Shown: positions 30,628 through 43,478, counted from the first letter of the stretch. The stretch is DNA of 64,000 nucleotides from Spirochaetota bacterium (GCA_965208615.1 CBDBPB010000004.1:448001-512000); one strand, 5' to 3'. Notes: generated by a model from the sequence alone, not told the origin. Program-made: numbers and translations.

Positions 30628-33600
30628 TTATACTGCATTATCATGTTCCAGCTCTTCAAGCTCTTCTTCAGGAAATTTTGTCTTTATATATTGATAATCT
30701 TTTATCCCTGTACCAGCAGGTATTAAATGACCAATTATAACATTTTCTTTTAGTCCTCTTAAATTATCAGTCTTTCCTTTTATTGCCGCATTAGTCAAAA
30801 CCTTAGTGGTCTCTTGAAAAGATGCCGCAGAAATAAAACTCTCTATATTAAGAGATGCTTTAGTAATACCTTGCAAAATAACCTTTGCAGTAGCAGGTTT
30901 ACCCCCCTCCTTAACAACAACATTATTTTTATCCCTAAAAACAAATTTATCAATTTGTTGTCCAATAATAAAATCTGTATCTCCAGCATCAGTAATCTCA
31001 ACCTTTCTAAGCATCTGACGTATTATAATACCAACATGCTTATCATTAATATTAACACCTTGAAGTCTATAAACTTCTTGTATCTCATTAACCAAATATT
31101 CCTGAAGCTTTTGATCACCCTCAATCTTAAGTATATCATGGGGGTTAACAGGCCCATCACAAAGTTGGTCTCCAACATTAACATAATCACCTTCACGTAC
31201 TAAAATACGTTTTCCACTAGGTATAACATGTTTCACACTGTCAATAAGCTCTTCACCTTCTTCGGATGTTAACCTCTGTTCAACCAAAATAACTGATTTT
31301 CCTTTTAGTTTGTCACCAAATTTAACAATGCCATCCTGTTCAGCTACTACACAGGCATCTTTTGGTTTTCGTGCCTCAAAAAGCTCAGTGATACGAGGTA
31401 AACCACCAGTAATATCCTTAGTCTTGGACTGCTCACGTGTTATTTTAGCAATAACATCTCCAGGTTTAATTTTATCATTTTCCTTAACAATAAGATGGGC
31501 TCCACCAGGTATAGAAATGCTAGTAAGCTCTTCTCCATTATCATTAACAATTAATACTCGCGGTATAAGACTACCATCCTTAACCTCCAGCACAATTCTA
31601 TCCCCAACTTTAGAGTCATAAGTTTTCTCAACTTTTAAAGTAGAACCAGGAATAATATCACTATATTTAATTGTACCAGCCAGCTCACTCAAAATAGGCT
31701 CATTATATGGATCAAACTCAGCAATAATCTCACCTTTTTTAACAAAATCCCCTTCTTTAATATATATTTTAGTTCCACTCTTAAGATTTATACTAGTCTC
31801 ACTACCCATAAGTAAAACTTTATCACTCTTAACCTGAACATGACAAACATTTTGTGACTTTATCTCACTATCGTCATTAGTAATACCAATAATATCACCA
31901 ATTAATATCCGTTCTCCATCTTTTACATAAACTTCTTTAAAATCCAATATAGAATATTCCATAATAACACTCTGAACAACAAGTTCACCCTTTCTACTCG
32001 TAATGTATTTATCATCCTCAAGTTCAACAAGACTCTCGGGTAAGACTTTTATAATAGCAGAATAGTGCAGTTCAATATTTTGATCCTCAATTTGTCTAGC
32101 AGCAGTACCGCCAATATGAAAAGTTCTCATAGTTAGCTGTGTTCCAGGTTGTCCAATAGACTGAGCTGCAATAGTACCAACAGCCTCACCATTCTCAACA
32201 GTTTTACCAGTAGCAAGATTTTTACCATAGCACTTTGCACAAACTCCATGACGAGATTCACATGTAAGCACAGTTCGTATTTTAACTTTTTCTATTCCAG
32301 ATCTTGTAATAACCTCAGCCTGCTCTTCAGCTACCTCTGTATTAGCAGAAATAATTAACTTAGACGTTTTTGGGTGATATATATCCTCCAACACATACCT
32401 ACCAATAATACGATCGGATAGTTTTTCAATTTCTTCATCGCCTTCTCTAATGGCTTTTCGCTCTATACCATTAATAGTACCACAATCAAGCTCATTAATA
32501 ACGACATCTTGGGCAATATCTACAAGACGTCTTGTAAGATAACCAGCATCAGCAGTCTTTAAAGCAGTATCTGCCAAACCTTTTCTTGCACCATGTGTAG
32601 AGATAAAGTACTCTAGTACAGTAAGTCCCTCTTTAAAGTTAGACTTAATAGGCAACTCAATAATTTCTCCAGATGGCTTTGCCATAAGTCCTCGCATTCC
32701 TGCAAGCTGTCTTATCTGCTGTTTACTTCCCCGTGCACCTGAGTCAGCCATAATATATAGGGGGTTAAATCCATTTTGGTCAACTTTAAGATCATCCATC
32801 ATCTCTTCAGCAATTTGATCATTAACATGTGTCCATACGTCTATAACTTTATTATAACGTTCATCCTCTGTTATAAAGCCATCACGATAGCTTTCCTCAA
32901 TCTTTGTAATTTTATTTTCGCCCTTATTTAAAAGAACTTTTTTGTTTTTTGGTATTTTAATGTCTTGCATGCCAATGGTAACACCAAAATCAGTAGCATA
33001 TTTAAAACCAACTGTCTTAATTTTATCTAATACTATAGCGGTTTCAGAGGCTCCAAAGTCTCTTAAGCATTTCAGAACAACTTGTGCCAATGTTTTATTG
33101 TTTAAGGCTTCGTTAATATACCCTAGTCCTTCTGGCAAAATATCATTAAAGATAATTCTTCCAGGAGTAGTCTCTAACCATGAAGCACTATCATCTATAA
33201 ATAATTTAATTTTAGCCTGATAATCAAGTTCTTTTCCTTCAATAGCTAAATATATTTCATTTTTAGAAGAAAAATGTCTATTTTCACCGCTAGCTCCCCG
33301 TCTCTCTTTGGTAAGATAGTTTACACCTAAAACCATATCTTGTGTGGGACCAACAATAGGTTCACCATTAGCCGGATTAAGAAGATTGTGAGAAGACAGC
33401 ATAAGCAACCAACATTCAATCTGAGACTCTGGAGATAAAGGAACATGTACTGCCATCTGATCCCCATCAAAGTCTGCATTAAATGCATGACAAACAAGAG
33501 GATGTAGTCTAATAGCTTTTCCCTCAACTAAAATAGGTTCAAATGCTTGTACTCCTAACCTATGTAGTGTAGGAGCTCTATTTAGCAAAACAGGATGTTC

Positions 33601-34818
33601 ACGAACGACTTCTTCAAGAACTCCCCAAACTTCTGGCTTTTCTCTCTCAACCATCTTTTTTGCACTTTTTATATTATATACCAAACCTTTTTCAACTAAG
33701 CCTTTCATAATAAAAGGTTTGAAAAGTTCAAGAGCCATCTTTTTAGGTAGTCCGCATTGATGTAGCTTTAGCTCTGATCCCACAACAATAACTGATCTAC
33801 CAGAATAATCAACTCGCTTTCCAAGTAGATTTTGCCTAAACCTTCCCTGTTTACCTTTTAACATATCAGAAAGAGACTTTAACGGACGATTACCAGGTCC
33901 TTTAACCATGCGCCTTCTTCTAGAGTTGTCAAAAAGGGCGTCAACGGCTTCTTGTAACATTCGTTTTTCGTTTCTAATAATAATTTCAGGAGCTTTTAAT
34001 CCTAATAGCCTTTTTAAACGATTATTTCTGTTAATAACTCTTCTATATAAATCATTCAAGTCACTAGTTGCAAATCGTCCACCATCCAGCTGAACCATTG
34101 GTCTTAGTTCTGGAGGGATAACAGGAATAATATCCATAATCATCCACTCAGACCTATTATCTGAGTTTCTAAAATCATTGATTATTTCGAGTCTCTTTAA
34201 CAGCCTAGGATCAGTTTTCTCACCTTTCTCATTCATTTTCTCACGAAGAAACTCTGCTTCACTATCCAAGTCAATATTTTCAAGTAAATGCTTTATTGCA
34301 ATAGCTCCAATTTCTGCTGTAAAATTAACGCCATGTTGCTTTTTTAGCTCCATATAGTCCTGTTCAGTTAAGAACTCCTTTTCTTTTAGATCAGTATCAC
34401 CTGGATCAATAACCACATATTTTTCAAAGTATAAAATACTTCTAAGCTCATTTACCGAAATACCTAAAAGCAACCCAATACGACTTGGAACACTTTTGTA
34501 ATACCATATATGAGATACAGGAGATGCCAGCTCTATATGCCCCATACGCTCTCTACGTATCTTAAAATGAGCAACTCTACACCACAACGATCGCAAACAA
34601 CCCCCTTTATAACGAATGGATTTAAACTTACCACAATAGCACTCCCATTCTTTGGTAGTTCCAAAGATTTTCTCACAAAAAAGCCCATCTCTTTCTGGGC
34701 GTAATGTTCTATAGTTAATAGTTTCTGGTTTTTTTACTTCTCCATAGCTCCACTCTTTTATTCTCTCAGGTGAAGACAGCTTAATGGTAATTTTATCAAA
34801 ATCACTTAAGTCTCTCAT
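30628..34818 (-). CDS. rpoC: RNA polymerase beta' subunit (contains a compensated +1/-1 indel pair at ~34577-34605)
   Basis: NADFDGDQM catalytic motif and [10 protein letters not shown]; the zinc-finger [11 protein letters not shown] reads in an alternative frame over ~9 codons. Confidence 0.98.
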   Translation of the reverse strand: MRDLSDFDKITIKLSSPERIKEWSYGEVKKPETINYRTLRPERDGLFCEKIFGTTKEWECYCGKFKSIRYKGGCLRSLWCRVAHFKIRRERMGHIELASPVSHIWYYKSVPSRIGLLLGISVNELRSILYFEKYVVIDPGDTDLKEKEFLTEQDYMELKKQHGVNFTAEIGAIAIKHLLENIDLDSEAEFLREKMNEKGEKTDPRLLKRLEIINDFRNSDNRSEWMIMDIIPVIPPELRPMVQLDGGRFATSDLNDLYRRVINRNNRLKRLLGLKAPEIIIRNEKRMLQEAVDALFDNSRRRRMVKGPGNRPLKSLSDMLKGKQGRFRQNLLGKRVDYSGRSVIVVGSELKLHQCGLPKKMALELFKPFIMKGLVEKGLVYNIKSAKKMVEREKPEVWGVLEEVVREHPVLLNRAPTLHRLGVQAFEPILVEGKAIRLHPLVCHAFNADFDGDQMAVHVPLSPESQIECWLLMLSSHNLLNPANGEPIVGPTQDMVLGVNYLTKERRGASGENRHFSSKNEIYLAIEGKELDYQAKIKLFIDDSASWLETTPGRIIFNDILPEGLGYINEALNNKTLAQVVLKCLRDFGASETAIVLDKIKTVGFKYATDFGVTIGMQDIKIPKNKKVLLNKGENKITKIEESYRDGFITEDERYNKVIDVWTHVNDQIAEEMMDDLKVDQNGFNPLYIMADSGARGSKQQIRQLAGMRGLMAKPSGEIIELPIKSNFKEGLTVLEYFISTHGARKGLADTALKTADAGYLTRRLVDIAQDVVINELDCGTINGIERKAIREGDEEIEKLSDRIIGRYVLEDIYHPKTSKLIISANTEVAEEQAEVITRSGIEKVKIRTVLTCESRHGVCAKCYGKNLATGKTVENGEAVGTIAAQSIGQPGTQLTMRTFHIGGTAARQIEDQNIELHYSAIIKVLPESLVELEDDKYITSRKGELVVQSVIMEYSILDFKEVYVKDGERILIGDIIGITNDDSEIKSQNVCHVQVKSDKVLLMGSETSINLKSGTKIYIKEGDFVKKGEIIAEFDPYNEPILSELAGTIKYSDIIPGSTLKVEKTYDSKVGDRIVLEVKDGSLIPRVLIVNDNGEELTSISIPGGAHLIVKENDKIKPGDVIAKITREQSKTKDITGGLPRITELFEARKPKDACVVAEQDGIVKFGDKLKGKSVILVEQRLTSEEGEELIDSVKHVIPSGKRILVREGDYVNVGDQLCDGPVNPHDILKIEGDQKLQEYLVNEIQEVYRLQGVNINDKHVGIIIRQMLRKVEITDAGDTDFIIGQQIDKFVFRDKNNVVVKEGGKPATAKVILQGITKASLNIESFISAASFQETTKVLTNAAIKGKTDNLRGLKENVIIGHLIPAGTGIKDYQYIKTKFPEEELEELEHDNAV

Positions 34819-34862
34819 ATTTTATTGCATCCCCCAGATCAACATATGGTAATAAGTCATAA

Positions 34863-37800
34863 TTATTTTTTATTTTTAGCTTTATTAAGATTCTCTATAT
34901 CTTTATCAGTAAGCCCTAAAAGATTGTCACTAGAATCATAAATATTAAGGTCTAGTCCCAAACCTCTTAGCTCTTGTACCAATACATTAAAAGATTCTGG
35001 TATGCCCGGAGCAGCTGTATACTCCCCTTTAACAATACTCTCATAAATCTTAGCACGTCCCATCATATCATCAGCCTTAACAGTTAGAAATTCTTGTAAT
35101 GTATTAGAAGCACCATATGCTTCCAATGCCCATACTTCCATTTCACCCAGCCTTTGACCACCAAATTGAGCTTTACCTCCAAGAGGTTGTTGAGTAACCA
35201 AAGAATATGGTCCTGTACTCCTTGCGTGGATTTTATCATCAACTAAATGGGCAAGTTTTAGCATATATATATAACCAATAGTTACATCGCTCTCAAATTG
35301 CTTGCCAGTTTTACCGTTATAAAGAATAATCTTACCATTTTTTGGTAGTCCTGCCCTTTCCATATAGCTTTCTATATCTTCAACACTTACCCCCTCAAAA
35401 ACCGGAGCCGAAAGATTTTCTCCAAGTGCCTTACCAGCCCAACCTAGTTGAGTTTCCATAATCTGACCAAGATTCATTCTAGATGGTACTCCAAGGGGGT
35501 TTAAAATAATCTCAACTGGTGTTCCATCAGGCAAATATGGCATATCTTCTTCTGGAACAACTCTTGATATAACACCTTTATTTCCATGTCTACCTGCCAT
35601 TTTGTCGCCTTCTTGTAGTTTTCGTTTTTTGGCAATAAATACTTTTACCATTTCTTCAACCCCTGGATGCAGGTCATCTCCATCTTCTCTTCTAAATATA
35701 TTTACGTCTATGATTATTCCCCCATTTCCATGAGGAACACGAAGTGATGTATCTTTTACCTCTCTTGCTTTCTCTCCAAAAATTGAATGAAGAAGTTTAT
35801 ATTCAGGAGTAGAATCCGTTTCTCCTTTTGGAGTAACCTTGCCAACTAATATATCCCCAGGCTCTACCCTTGCACCCACTCTAACTATACCATTATCATC
35901 AAGGTTAATAAAGGCATCCTCACTAATATTTGGAATATCTTTAGTAATTTTTTCACTACCCAGTTTAGTTTCTCTAGCTTCTATTTCGAACTCTTCAATA
36001 TGAATAGAAGTGAATATATCTTCTTTTACTATTTTTTCACTTACAATAATAGCATCCTCAAAATTAGCTCCTTCCCAACTCATAAACGCAACAAGAACAT
36101 TACGCCCAAGAGCAAGTTCACCGTTATCACACGCAGGACCATCAGCAATTAGATCCCCCTTGCTAACTTTTTGCCCTTTCTGCAATATAGGACGCTGATT
36201 AAAACAAGTATTTTGATTAGTTCTTCTATACTTAATTAGAGGATATATATCAACTGGATTATCAGGATCATCAACTTTAATATGAACTTCATCAGATGAA
36301 ATCTTAATAACATCTCCTTTTCTTTTAGTAAAAACACAAGCACCAGAATCAATAGCAGCCTTTTTCTCTTGTCCAGTTCCAACAACAGGAGCTTCTAAAT
36401 TGAGTAGTGGCACAGCCTGCCTTTGCATATTTGATCCCATAAGAGCACGGTTAGCATCATCATGCTCCAAAAATGGTATTAATGATGTAGATACACTAAT
36501 AATTTGTTTAGGAGCAACATCCATAAAGTCAATCTGTTCTGGTGGTACTAAAGGAAACTCTCCTTTTCGACGGCCAACAATTAAGTTTCCAATTAGATAA
36601 TCATCTTTATCCAAAAGACTATTTGCCTGTGCTATATAATAACGATCTTCTTCCATAGCAGTCAAAAACTGAATCTCATTAGTAACCCTACCATCTTTCA
36701 CTTTTCTGTACGGAGTAACAAGAAATCCATGTTTATTAACTCTTGCAAAGTTACATAAAGACAGTATTAAGCCAATATTAGGCCCCTCTGGAGTTTCTAT
36801 AGGACATATTTTACCATAATGAGTATAATGAACATCCCGAACTTCGAATCCAGCCCTTTCTCTCGATAAACCTCCAGGTCCAAGAGCATTTAACCTTCGT
36901 TTATGAGTAAGTTCTGCCAATGGGTTAGTTTGATCCATAAATTGAGAAAGCTGACTTGAACCAAAAAACTCTTTTATAACAGCAGTAATAGGTTTAATAC
37001 TAATTAACCGTTGTGGAGTAATTTCATCAATGTCCTCAGTATTCATACGCTCTTTTATAGAACGTTCCATCCGAGCAAAACCAATTTTAAGCTGATTAAC
37101 AAGTAACTCTCCAACACAACGAATTCTACGATTACCTAGATGATCTATATCATCAGTGCTTTGATTACCTGTATAAACCTCAATAAGATATTTTAGTGTA
37201 CTAACAATATCTTCTACAGCAAGAGTAGTATCCATACTTTCTTGTTTATTATCATATAGCTTTTGATTGAATTTGTATCGCCCAACTATACCAAGATTAT
37301 ACATTTTAGAATTAAAAAAAAGCTTTTGAAACTCTTTTTCAGCATTCTCAACAGTAGTTGGCTCCCCGGGTCTAGTTACGCTGTGTAGCTTAGAAATTGC
37401 TTCTACTTTATCATGAACTTCATCACTATCAAGACACTTTAGTATTACAATATTTTGTTTAGTTTCTTCTAAGTTTAAGATCTTAATCTTTTTTATACCA
37501 AAACTAAGTATTTTTTCAGCATCTTGAGCGACTAACTCTCTGACCTACTTCTAGTATTATTTCATTGGTTTGTGGTTCTACAATATTTTCAGCAAGCCTT
37601 ACTGGTATAGAAGACGTTTCAATAATTTTTCTACCGGCTTTAGTTGACAGCTGAACCTCATCAATATTATAAAACAATTTAAGTATTTCTTCGTTATTGT
37701 CATATCCCAATGCTCGTAAAAAAGTAGTAACTAATATTCCTTTTTTTCTATCAATTTTCACGTACATTAAGTTTTTTAACTGCATCTATTTCAAACTCAA

Positions 37801-38326
37801 GCCATGCACCCTTATCTGGAATAATTTTTGCAGAATATACGGTCTCTTTGTCATCAGCACTAAAAACCACTCCAGGCGATTTATGGATTTTGACTTACTA
37901 CAACTCTTTCAGCTCCATTAATTATAAAGGTTCCTCTAGTAGTCATAAGAGGAATATCACCCATAAAAACTTCTTTTTCTCTAACTTCACCAGTTTCTAC
38001 ATAAATTAACCGTATAAGAGTTTTTAATACAATAGAATAAGTTAGATCTCTACGACGGGCTTCATATTCAGAATATTTAATATCTCCAAATTGAGTAGCC
38101 AAGATATTCTAAAATAATATCTTTATTAGGACTCTCAATAGGAAAAATAGTTCTAAAGACTGACTCCAAGCCATAATTTGGATCTCGCTCTTCAGGAGGA
38201 ATATCCATTTGCAAAAAGTCCTTATAAGATTCTAACTGCATTTCTATTAAGTTAGGAATCTCAAAAATACTTTTTAGTTTTCCAAGACTTTTTCTTTCTA
38301 GTTTTTTTTTTAACTTTAGTCACCAT
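34863..38326 (-). CDS. rpoB: RNA polymerase beta subunit; 5' third broken by several indels
   Basis: [21 protein letters not shown]; upstream fragments [39 protein letters not shown] lie in different frames. Confidence 0.95.
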
Positions 38327-38610
38327 AATGACCCCTAATTTATCAAATAAATAAATGGCTAAGACAGTGGGCAAATAAAAAATGTGGGTTTTTGTAATTA
38401 TATGAGTTTATAATCATATTTTTATTAAAATAGTTGATAGGATGTTAACAAAAATATATATTAGTAATGCCTTATACATAAGATAAACCATAATCAAAAG
38501 AATAACTTAGTTGATTAACAACTAAGCTTCTTCTCCAGAAATATCTTGCTTTATTATTTAAGTTAACACTTAAAATATTACTAAAATATATACTAGCGAA
38601 ATATAAAATG

Positions 38611-38999
38611 CTATTTAATTTCAACAGTAGCTCCAACAGCCTCAAGCTGCTCTTTAATTTTTGAGCTTCTTCCTTAGAAAGGTTTTCTTTAATAGCTTTA
38701 CCACTTGTTTCTACAACTTCTTTCGCTTTTTTAAGTTCTAACCCAGTAATCGCTCTTACCTCTTTAATAACAGGAATTTTACTCCCACCAGGACTGGTTA
38801 GAATAACAGTAAACTCAGTTTGTTCAGCGGCTTTCTCACTAGTATCCTCAGCACTAGCACCAGAAACTGCCATAACAGGTGCAGCTGCACTAACTCCAAA
38901 TACCTCTTCTAACTCTTTGACCAAACCGGCAACTTCTATCATAGGTTTATTCTTTATAGCCTCTATGATTTCTTCATTAGTTAATGTTGTAGTAGACAT
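38611..38999 (-). CDS. rplL: 50S ribosomal protein L7/L12 (frameshift near 38653)
   Basis: FGVSAAA, KIPVIKEVRAITGLELKKAK; true C-terminus EQLEAVGATVEIK* is in a shifted frame. Confidence 0.93.
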
Positions 39000-39019
39000 C
39001 GTTATGTTCCCCCTTTAAC

Positions 39020-39535
39020 TTAATTACTTTTTTGTTCACTTATTGCTTTTAAAGTATAGACCAAGCTTCTTATTGGCCCATTTAAAACATTAATAAAACC
39101 ACTCGCTGGTGACTTAAGGCAAGCTAATACCTTAGATAAAATTACTTCCTTAGACGGTAGTTTAGCAAGTTCCTCTACCTCACTCTTGCTAACAGCTCTA
39201 CTATCGGCATACCCACCTTTTAACTCTAAAGAACTGTTTTTAGCAAAGTCACTAAGAATCTTACTAGATGAAACATAATCGTCCTTTGCAAAAGCAACAG
39301 CAGATGGCCCAAGTAAATAGTTGTCTAAACCTTCAATATTAGCATTCTTTAATGCAATCCCTAATAGCTTATTTTTTACAATCTGATAAAGGATACCCTT
39401 CTCGTATAACTTCTTCCTAAGATTAGTAATCTCTTCAACAGTTAAGCCTCTATAATTAGTAAATATCAAGCTATTATATTCAGATAATGTATTTTGCATT
39501 TGTTCAACGGTTTTTATTTTTTTAGGTGTTGGCAT
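39020..39535 (-). CDS. rplJ: 50S ribosomal protein L10
   Basis: YRGLTV, VKNKL, LAKLPSKE; operon position. Confidence 0.95.
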   Translation of the reverse strand: MPTPKKIKTVEQMQNTLSEYNSLIFTNYRGLTVEEITNLRKKLYEKGILYQIVKNKLLGIALKNANIEGLDNYLLGPSAVAFAKDDYVSSSKILSDFAKNSSLELKGGYADSRAVSKSEVEELAKLPSKEVILSKVLACLKSPASGFINVLNGPIRSLVYTLKAISEQKSN

Positions 39536-39551
39536 AATATGATCTCCATGT

Positions 39552-40251
39552 TTAAATTAGGCTTTGATGAATTACTTTTACCCCTGGCCCCATAGTAGTA
39601 GAAAAAGCAATACTTTTAATATATTCCCCTTTTAAGTCAGACGGCTTTTTCCTTAGCACCTCTTTATATAATGCTCTAGCATTATCAAATAGTTTGTCAT
39701 CATCCATAGAAACCTGCCCAATTTTCATGTGTAATATACCAGTTTTATCAGCCCTAAACTCTTCTTTTCCTTTCTTAAAATCATTTATCACATTAGTTAA
39801 GTCAAATGTAACAGTTCCAGTTTTAGGATTAGGCATTAGTCCTCGTCTACCCAGCAATGGTCCAAGCTTCCCAACGTCTTTCATCATATCAGGAGTTGCT
39901 ATAGCTACATCAAAATCAAACCATCCACCTTTTATTTTTTCACAAAGATCATTATCTCCAACATAAGTTGCTCCGGCATCCTCTGCCTCAGAAGCTTTTT
40001 CACCCTTTGCAAAAACAAGAATTTTTTTTCTCTATTTTTGAAATAGAATGAGGAAACATTAAAGTATCCCTAACAGTATGTTTAGCCCTTAAATTAAGAT
40101 TAATAGCAATCTCAACGCTCTGATCAAATTTAACTTTTGCCTTTTCATTATTAGCAATATCCTTAATAAGACTTAAACACTCTTTTGCTTTGTATAACTT
40201 TTTTTTATCGACCCGACTTCTTGCTTCTAAATATCGTTTACTTTTTTTCAT
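39552..40251 (-). CDS. rplA: 50S ribosomal protein L1 (frameshift at the homopolymer ~40022-40029)
   Basis: [30 protein letters not shown]. Confidence 0.93.
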
Positions 40252-40284
40252 AAGTATTCCTTAGATAATTACTCATTATTCAAA

Positions 40285-40710
40285 CTAATTTGCCTCAACA
40301 TAAACACCCATACTCTTAGCAGTACCTTCAATTATATTCATAGCGGCCTCTATAGTGTTAGCGTTTAAATCTGGCATTTTTGTTTTAGCTATTTCTTCCA
40401 ACTGCTTCAAAGATATAGTACCTACAGTCTGACTGGATATTGATGATCCCTTATCTATACCCAATGCTTTTTTAACTAGCACAGCCGCAGGAGGGGTTTT
40501 CATAATGAAAGTAAAAGACCTATCTTCATATACCGTTACTACAACAGGAATAATAAGATCACCTTTATCTTTAGTTTTTGCATTAAAGGCTTTACAAAAA
40601 TCCATAATGCCAACACCATGCTGACCAAGAGCAGGTCCAACAGGAGGCGATGGGTTAGCCTTTCCAGCAGGTAATTGTAATTTTATATAAGCCTTAACTT
40701 TTTTTGCCAC
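40285..40710 (-). CDS. rplK: 50S ribosomal protein L11
   Basis: [28 protein letters not shown]. Confidence 0.97.
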   Translation of the reverse strand: MAKKVKAYIKLQLPAGKANPSPPVGPALGQHGVGIMDFCKAFNAKTKDKGDLIIPVVVTVYEDRSFTFIMKTPPAAVLVKKALGIDKGSSISSQTVGTISLKQLEEIAKTKMPDLNANTIEAAMNIIEGTAKSMGVYVEAN

Positions 40711-40728
40711 AATGTTCTCCTAAATTAA

Positions 40729-41289
40729 TTACAATGATTCCACTTGAAAAAAGTCAAATTCAACTGGAGTAGATCGTCCAAATATCTCTACTTTTACCCT
40801 TAATTTACCTTTTTCATAGTTAATATCTTCAATGACCCCATTAAAATTGCTAAACGGCCCATCTGTTACTTTTACAGACTCCCCTAATGCAAATGATACT
40901 TTTGGCACCATAGCCTCAGTAGACTTTATTTCACCCATTCTTTGCAATATATTCTTAGCCTCATCGACAGATATAGGAGCAGGCTTTTGATTTCTACCGG
41001 TACCAACAAAACCAGTTACCCCTTGTATAGCTGTTAATTGGCTACAGACTTGCTTCCAGTTCTCTCCTTTATCTGGCAGATCCATTTCTATTAGGATATA
41101 ACCTGGAAAAAACTTTTTTTTTACTTGACGTTTTTTTCCATTAGCCATTTCTACAACATTTTCAGTTGGCACTTTAACCTCACCAATATACTGTCCATGT
41201 TCTTTTGGCTTTATATTCTTTTCTATATAAGAACTTACTTTATTTTCGTATCCCGAGTAGATATGTAAAACATACCAATTTTTAGCCAT
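40729..41289 (-). CDS. nusG: Transcription termination/antitermination factor NusG
   Basis: WYVLHIYSGYE, FFPGY, GVTGFVG, IFGRSTPVE. Confidence 0.96.
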   Translation of the reverse strand: MAKNWYVLHIYSGYENKVSSYIEKNIKPKEHGQYIGEVKVPTENVVEMANGKKRQVKKKFFPGYILIEMDLPDKGENWKQVCSQLTAIQGVTGFVGTGRNQKPAPISVDEAKNILQRMGEIKSTEAMVPKVSFALGESVKVTDGPFSNFNGVIEDINYEKGKLRVKVEIFGRSTPVEFDFFQVESL

Positions 41290-41307
41290 TACAATATCCA
41301 AAAACTA

Positions 41308-41496
41308 TTAGCTTAGAATATACCTTGCTAGTTCCTTAAAAACAATATCTAAAACACCTAATATAGCAGAAATAATAACAATTACAATAATTACTATTAC
41401 TGTTAAGTTAACAGCCTCTTCTTTTTTAGGCCAAATAACCTTTTTAAGCTCTCCAATAGATTCTTTAACATAGTTAGCAAATTTACTATTTTTCAT
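41308..41496 (-). CDS. secE: Preprotein translocase subunit SecE
   Basis: ELKKVIWP followed by one TM helix; located between tRNA-Trp and nusG. Confidence 0.93.
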   Translation of the reverse strand: MKNSKFANYVKESIGELKKVIWPKKEEAVNLTVIVIIVIVIISAILGVLDIVFKELARYILS

Positions 41497-41520
41497 TTAA
41501 TTACATCCAACAAAAAAAGT

Positions 41521-41593
41521 CGGGTGCGGGAGGACTTGAACCCCCAACCTACGGTTTTGGAGACCGTTGCTCTACCAGTTGAACTACACACCC
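41521..41593 (-). tRNA. tRNA-Trp(CCA)
   Basis: Cloverleaf; anticodon arm ACGGT-CTCCAAA-ACCGT; T-loop GTTCAAGTC; CCA end not encoded. Confidence 0.95.
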
Positions 41594-41662
41594 ATATAAA
41601 AATAGGAAAGAAAATAGTCAATTGGAGAAGATAAGATTTAGTCCAAGACTATATGCACCATA

Positions 41663-41735
41663 AGCCCACGACCAGGATTGAACTGGTGACCGCTTGCTTA
41701 CCATGCAAGTACTCTACCTACTGAGCTACGTGGGC
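41663..41735 (-). tRNA. tRNA-Thr(GGT)
   Basis: Acceptor GCCCACG/CGTGGGC; anticodon arm CTTGC-ATGGTAA-GCAAG. Confidence 0.95.
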
Positions 41736-42172
41736 ACAAGCCTAATTAAGGCATAATGATAACAAATTAATATTTAATTGTCAATATGTTTTAATAATAA
41801 ACAATATATATATATATTAATATTTTTTTTAGTCAATCCAAAATATGTCGGCATAACCATATATAAGTTATATTTTACATATTATTTTTATATTAAATTA
41901 AGATTATATAATATAAGCTTTTTTTTAAAAAAATAAAGAATAAAAAATTAATTTATTATAATTATACCACATTTATTTTATACACTATTTGCTTAAAAGT
42001 ATTAATATTAAAAATCTTTATAATTTAGTTGAAAGAATTTGGATTTTTTAGTATTTTTACTAAAAATTAATCCAATATATTTTAACTGCAACTTAAAATA
42101 TATTATTTCTTTGTTATCATAATAATTAACTTATTATTTTAGTAAGATTTAATAAAAGAGAAGTATTTATCT

Positions 42173-42580
42173 ATGAATTTATTAAGAAAAAATTACGAGG
42201 AGCTAACTATGATAGGAATGACGGGACTCCTAATTACGTCAACAAGTAATATGCTTTTAAAAGATCTAAACAAAGCCTATAAAGTAAATGATATAATTTC
42301 AAAGGTTTCTTTAGAAAGTTGTAATTTTAGAATTCACTTCCCTACAACTATCTATAACGAAGAAAAAGAAGGGGTCTTTGCAACAATAATCGAAAAGATT
42401 AAACATCTTAAAGATCCGCAAGACAAGCTCATGGAAACAAAAGTAGAAGCTAGGTATTTGCAGCAAGCCAGCAAAGAATACTTTTTTAGTTGTGGCGAAC
42501 TAGTTAGATATCGTGGATTTATTGATACTGACAACCCTCTTCCTATGGTGACTAAACTGGTTATTAGCCTGGACAGCTAA
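42173..42580 (+). CDS. Hypothetical protein
   Basis: 135-aa ORF with coding-like composition, followed by a hairpin at ~42595-42626. Confidence 0.65.
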   Translation: MNLLRKNYEELTMIGMTGLLITSTSNMLLKDLNKAYKVNDIISKVSLESCNFRIHFPTTIYNEEKEGVFATIIEKIKHLKDPQDKLMETKVEARYLQQASKEYFFSCGELVRYRGFIDTDNPLPMVTKLVISLDS

Positions 42581-42777
42581 AAAATATAAATAATTACACT
42601 TTTCATTTAACTATTTGGAAAGTGTATATTTTATAATACAAAAACACTTGTTTATATAGACTAAACATTATATTGTCTATATCCCTTTTAGGTATTTCTT
42701 AATTAAACAATATTTCTAAATATAAATTAATTAATAAAAAAGTTGACTATTTAATATGTTATTATAAATTTTACTTT

Positions 42778-42861
42778 GGAAGGATGGCCGAGCGGTTTAA
42801 GGCGGTGGTCTTGAAAACCATTGTGGTAACTCCACCGTGGGTTCGAATCCCACTCCTTCCG
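42778..42861 (+). tRNA. tRNA-Ser(TGA)
   Basis: GGAAGGA/TCCTTCC acceptor, GTGGT-CTTGAAA-ACCAT, long variable arm. Confidence 0.95.
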
Positions 42862-42878
42862 TAACTAATATAATATCT

Positions 42879-42965
42879 GGAGAGATGCTGGAGTGGTCGA
42901 TCAGGGCTGCCTGCTAAGCAGTTGTCTCAATATAGGGACCGAGGGTTCGAATCCCTCTCTCTCCG
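42879..42965 (+). tRNA. tRNA-Ser(GCT)
   Basis: GGAGAGA/TCTCTCC acceptor, GCTGC-CTGCTAA-GCAGT, long variable arm. Confidence 0.95.
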
Positions 42966-42984
42966 ATCTAACCATTAAAAAAAG

Positions 42985-43362
42985 ATGAATGATTTTTATA
43001 TTAATAACTCTTATATAAAATATAAAATTATTATAATAATAGGTTATATTATCCCCCTTATTGGCTGGATAATTCCCCTTTATTTATTTAACAAAAATAA
43101 ATATTGTCATTTTCACGGCAAGCAAGGGTTTTTAATCAATCGCTCTTTTATAGTAGTTATTATGCTTTATATGGCTCTAATACAGTTTATACCAGCTAAT
43201 CATAGCTCTATAGAAAACTACTTGTTTATTACTATAATTATGGCATATTTTATGTGTATATTTATAATTATTTATCCGATTTTAATAAATAAACCACTTT
43301 TAAACGTATTAAATAAAATAAATAAAAACTTTGAAAGAATAACTGAAAAGATTAATCTATAA
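42985..43362 (+). CDS. Small membrane protein (DUF4870-like)
   Basis: GYIIPLIGWIIP...FHGKQG pattern and three hydrophobic segments. Confidence 0.6.
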   Translation: MNDFYINNSYIKYKIIIIIGYIIPLIGWIIPLYLFNKNKYCHFHGKQGFLINRSFIVVIMLYMALIQFIPANHSSIENYLFITIIMAYFMCIFIIIYPILINKPLLNVLNKINKNFERITEKINL

Positions 43363-43363
43363 T

Positions 43364-43437
43364 GTGCCTATAGCTCAGCTGGATAGAGCGTTGGATTGCG
43401 GTTCCAAAGGTCAGAGGTTCGAATCCTCTTAGGCACG
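43364..43437 (+). tRNA. tRNA-Arg(GCG)
   Basis: GTGCCTA/TAGGCAC acceptor; TTGGA-TTGCGGT-TCCAA anticodon arm. Confidence 0.95.
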
Positions 43438-43445
43438 AAATATAG

Positions 43446-43477
43446 TATTTAAGGGCTTTATACCCTTAAATAAAAAA
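43446..43477 (-). terminator. Intrinsic terminator between convergent tRNA-Arg and the SORL gene
   Basis: TATTTAAGGG/CCCTTAAATA 10-bp stem; function inferred from position between convergent genes. Confidence 0.55.
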
Positions 43478-43478
43478 C

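Noticed and set aside
37304-38326. rpoB as a split gene, pseudogene or programmed frameshift
   Set aside because: Essential gene; breaks are scattered single-base indels like those in rplA, rplL and coaD, so assembly error is the simplest explanation.
38472-38610. C-terminally extended L7/L12
   Set aside because: The canonical end EQLEAVGATVEIK* is present in another frame; the extension is an indel artefact.
41736-42172. Possible replication origin in a very AT-rich gap
   Set aside because: No perfect DnaA boxes and no dnaA/dnaN/gidA nearby; consistent with a divergent promoter region.
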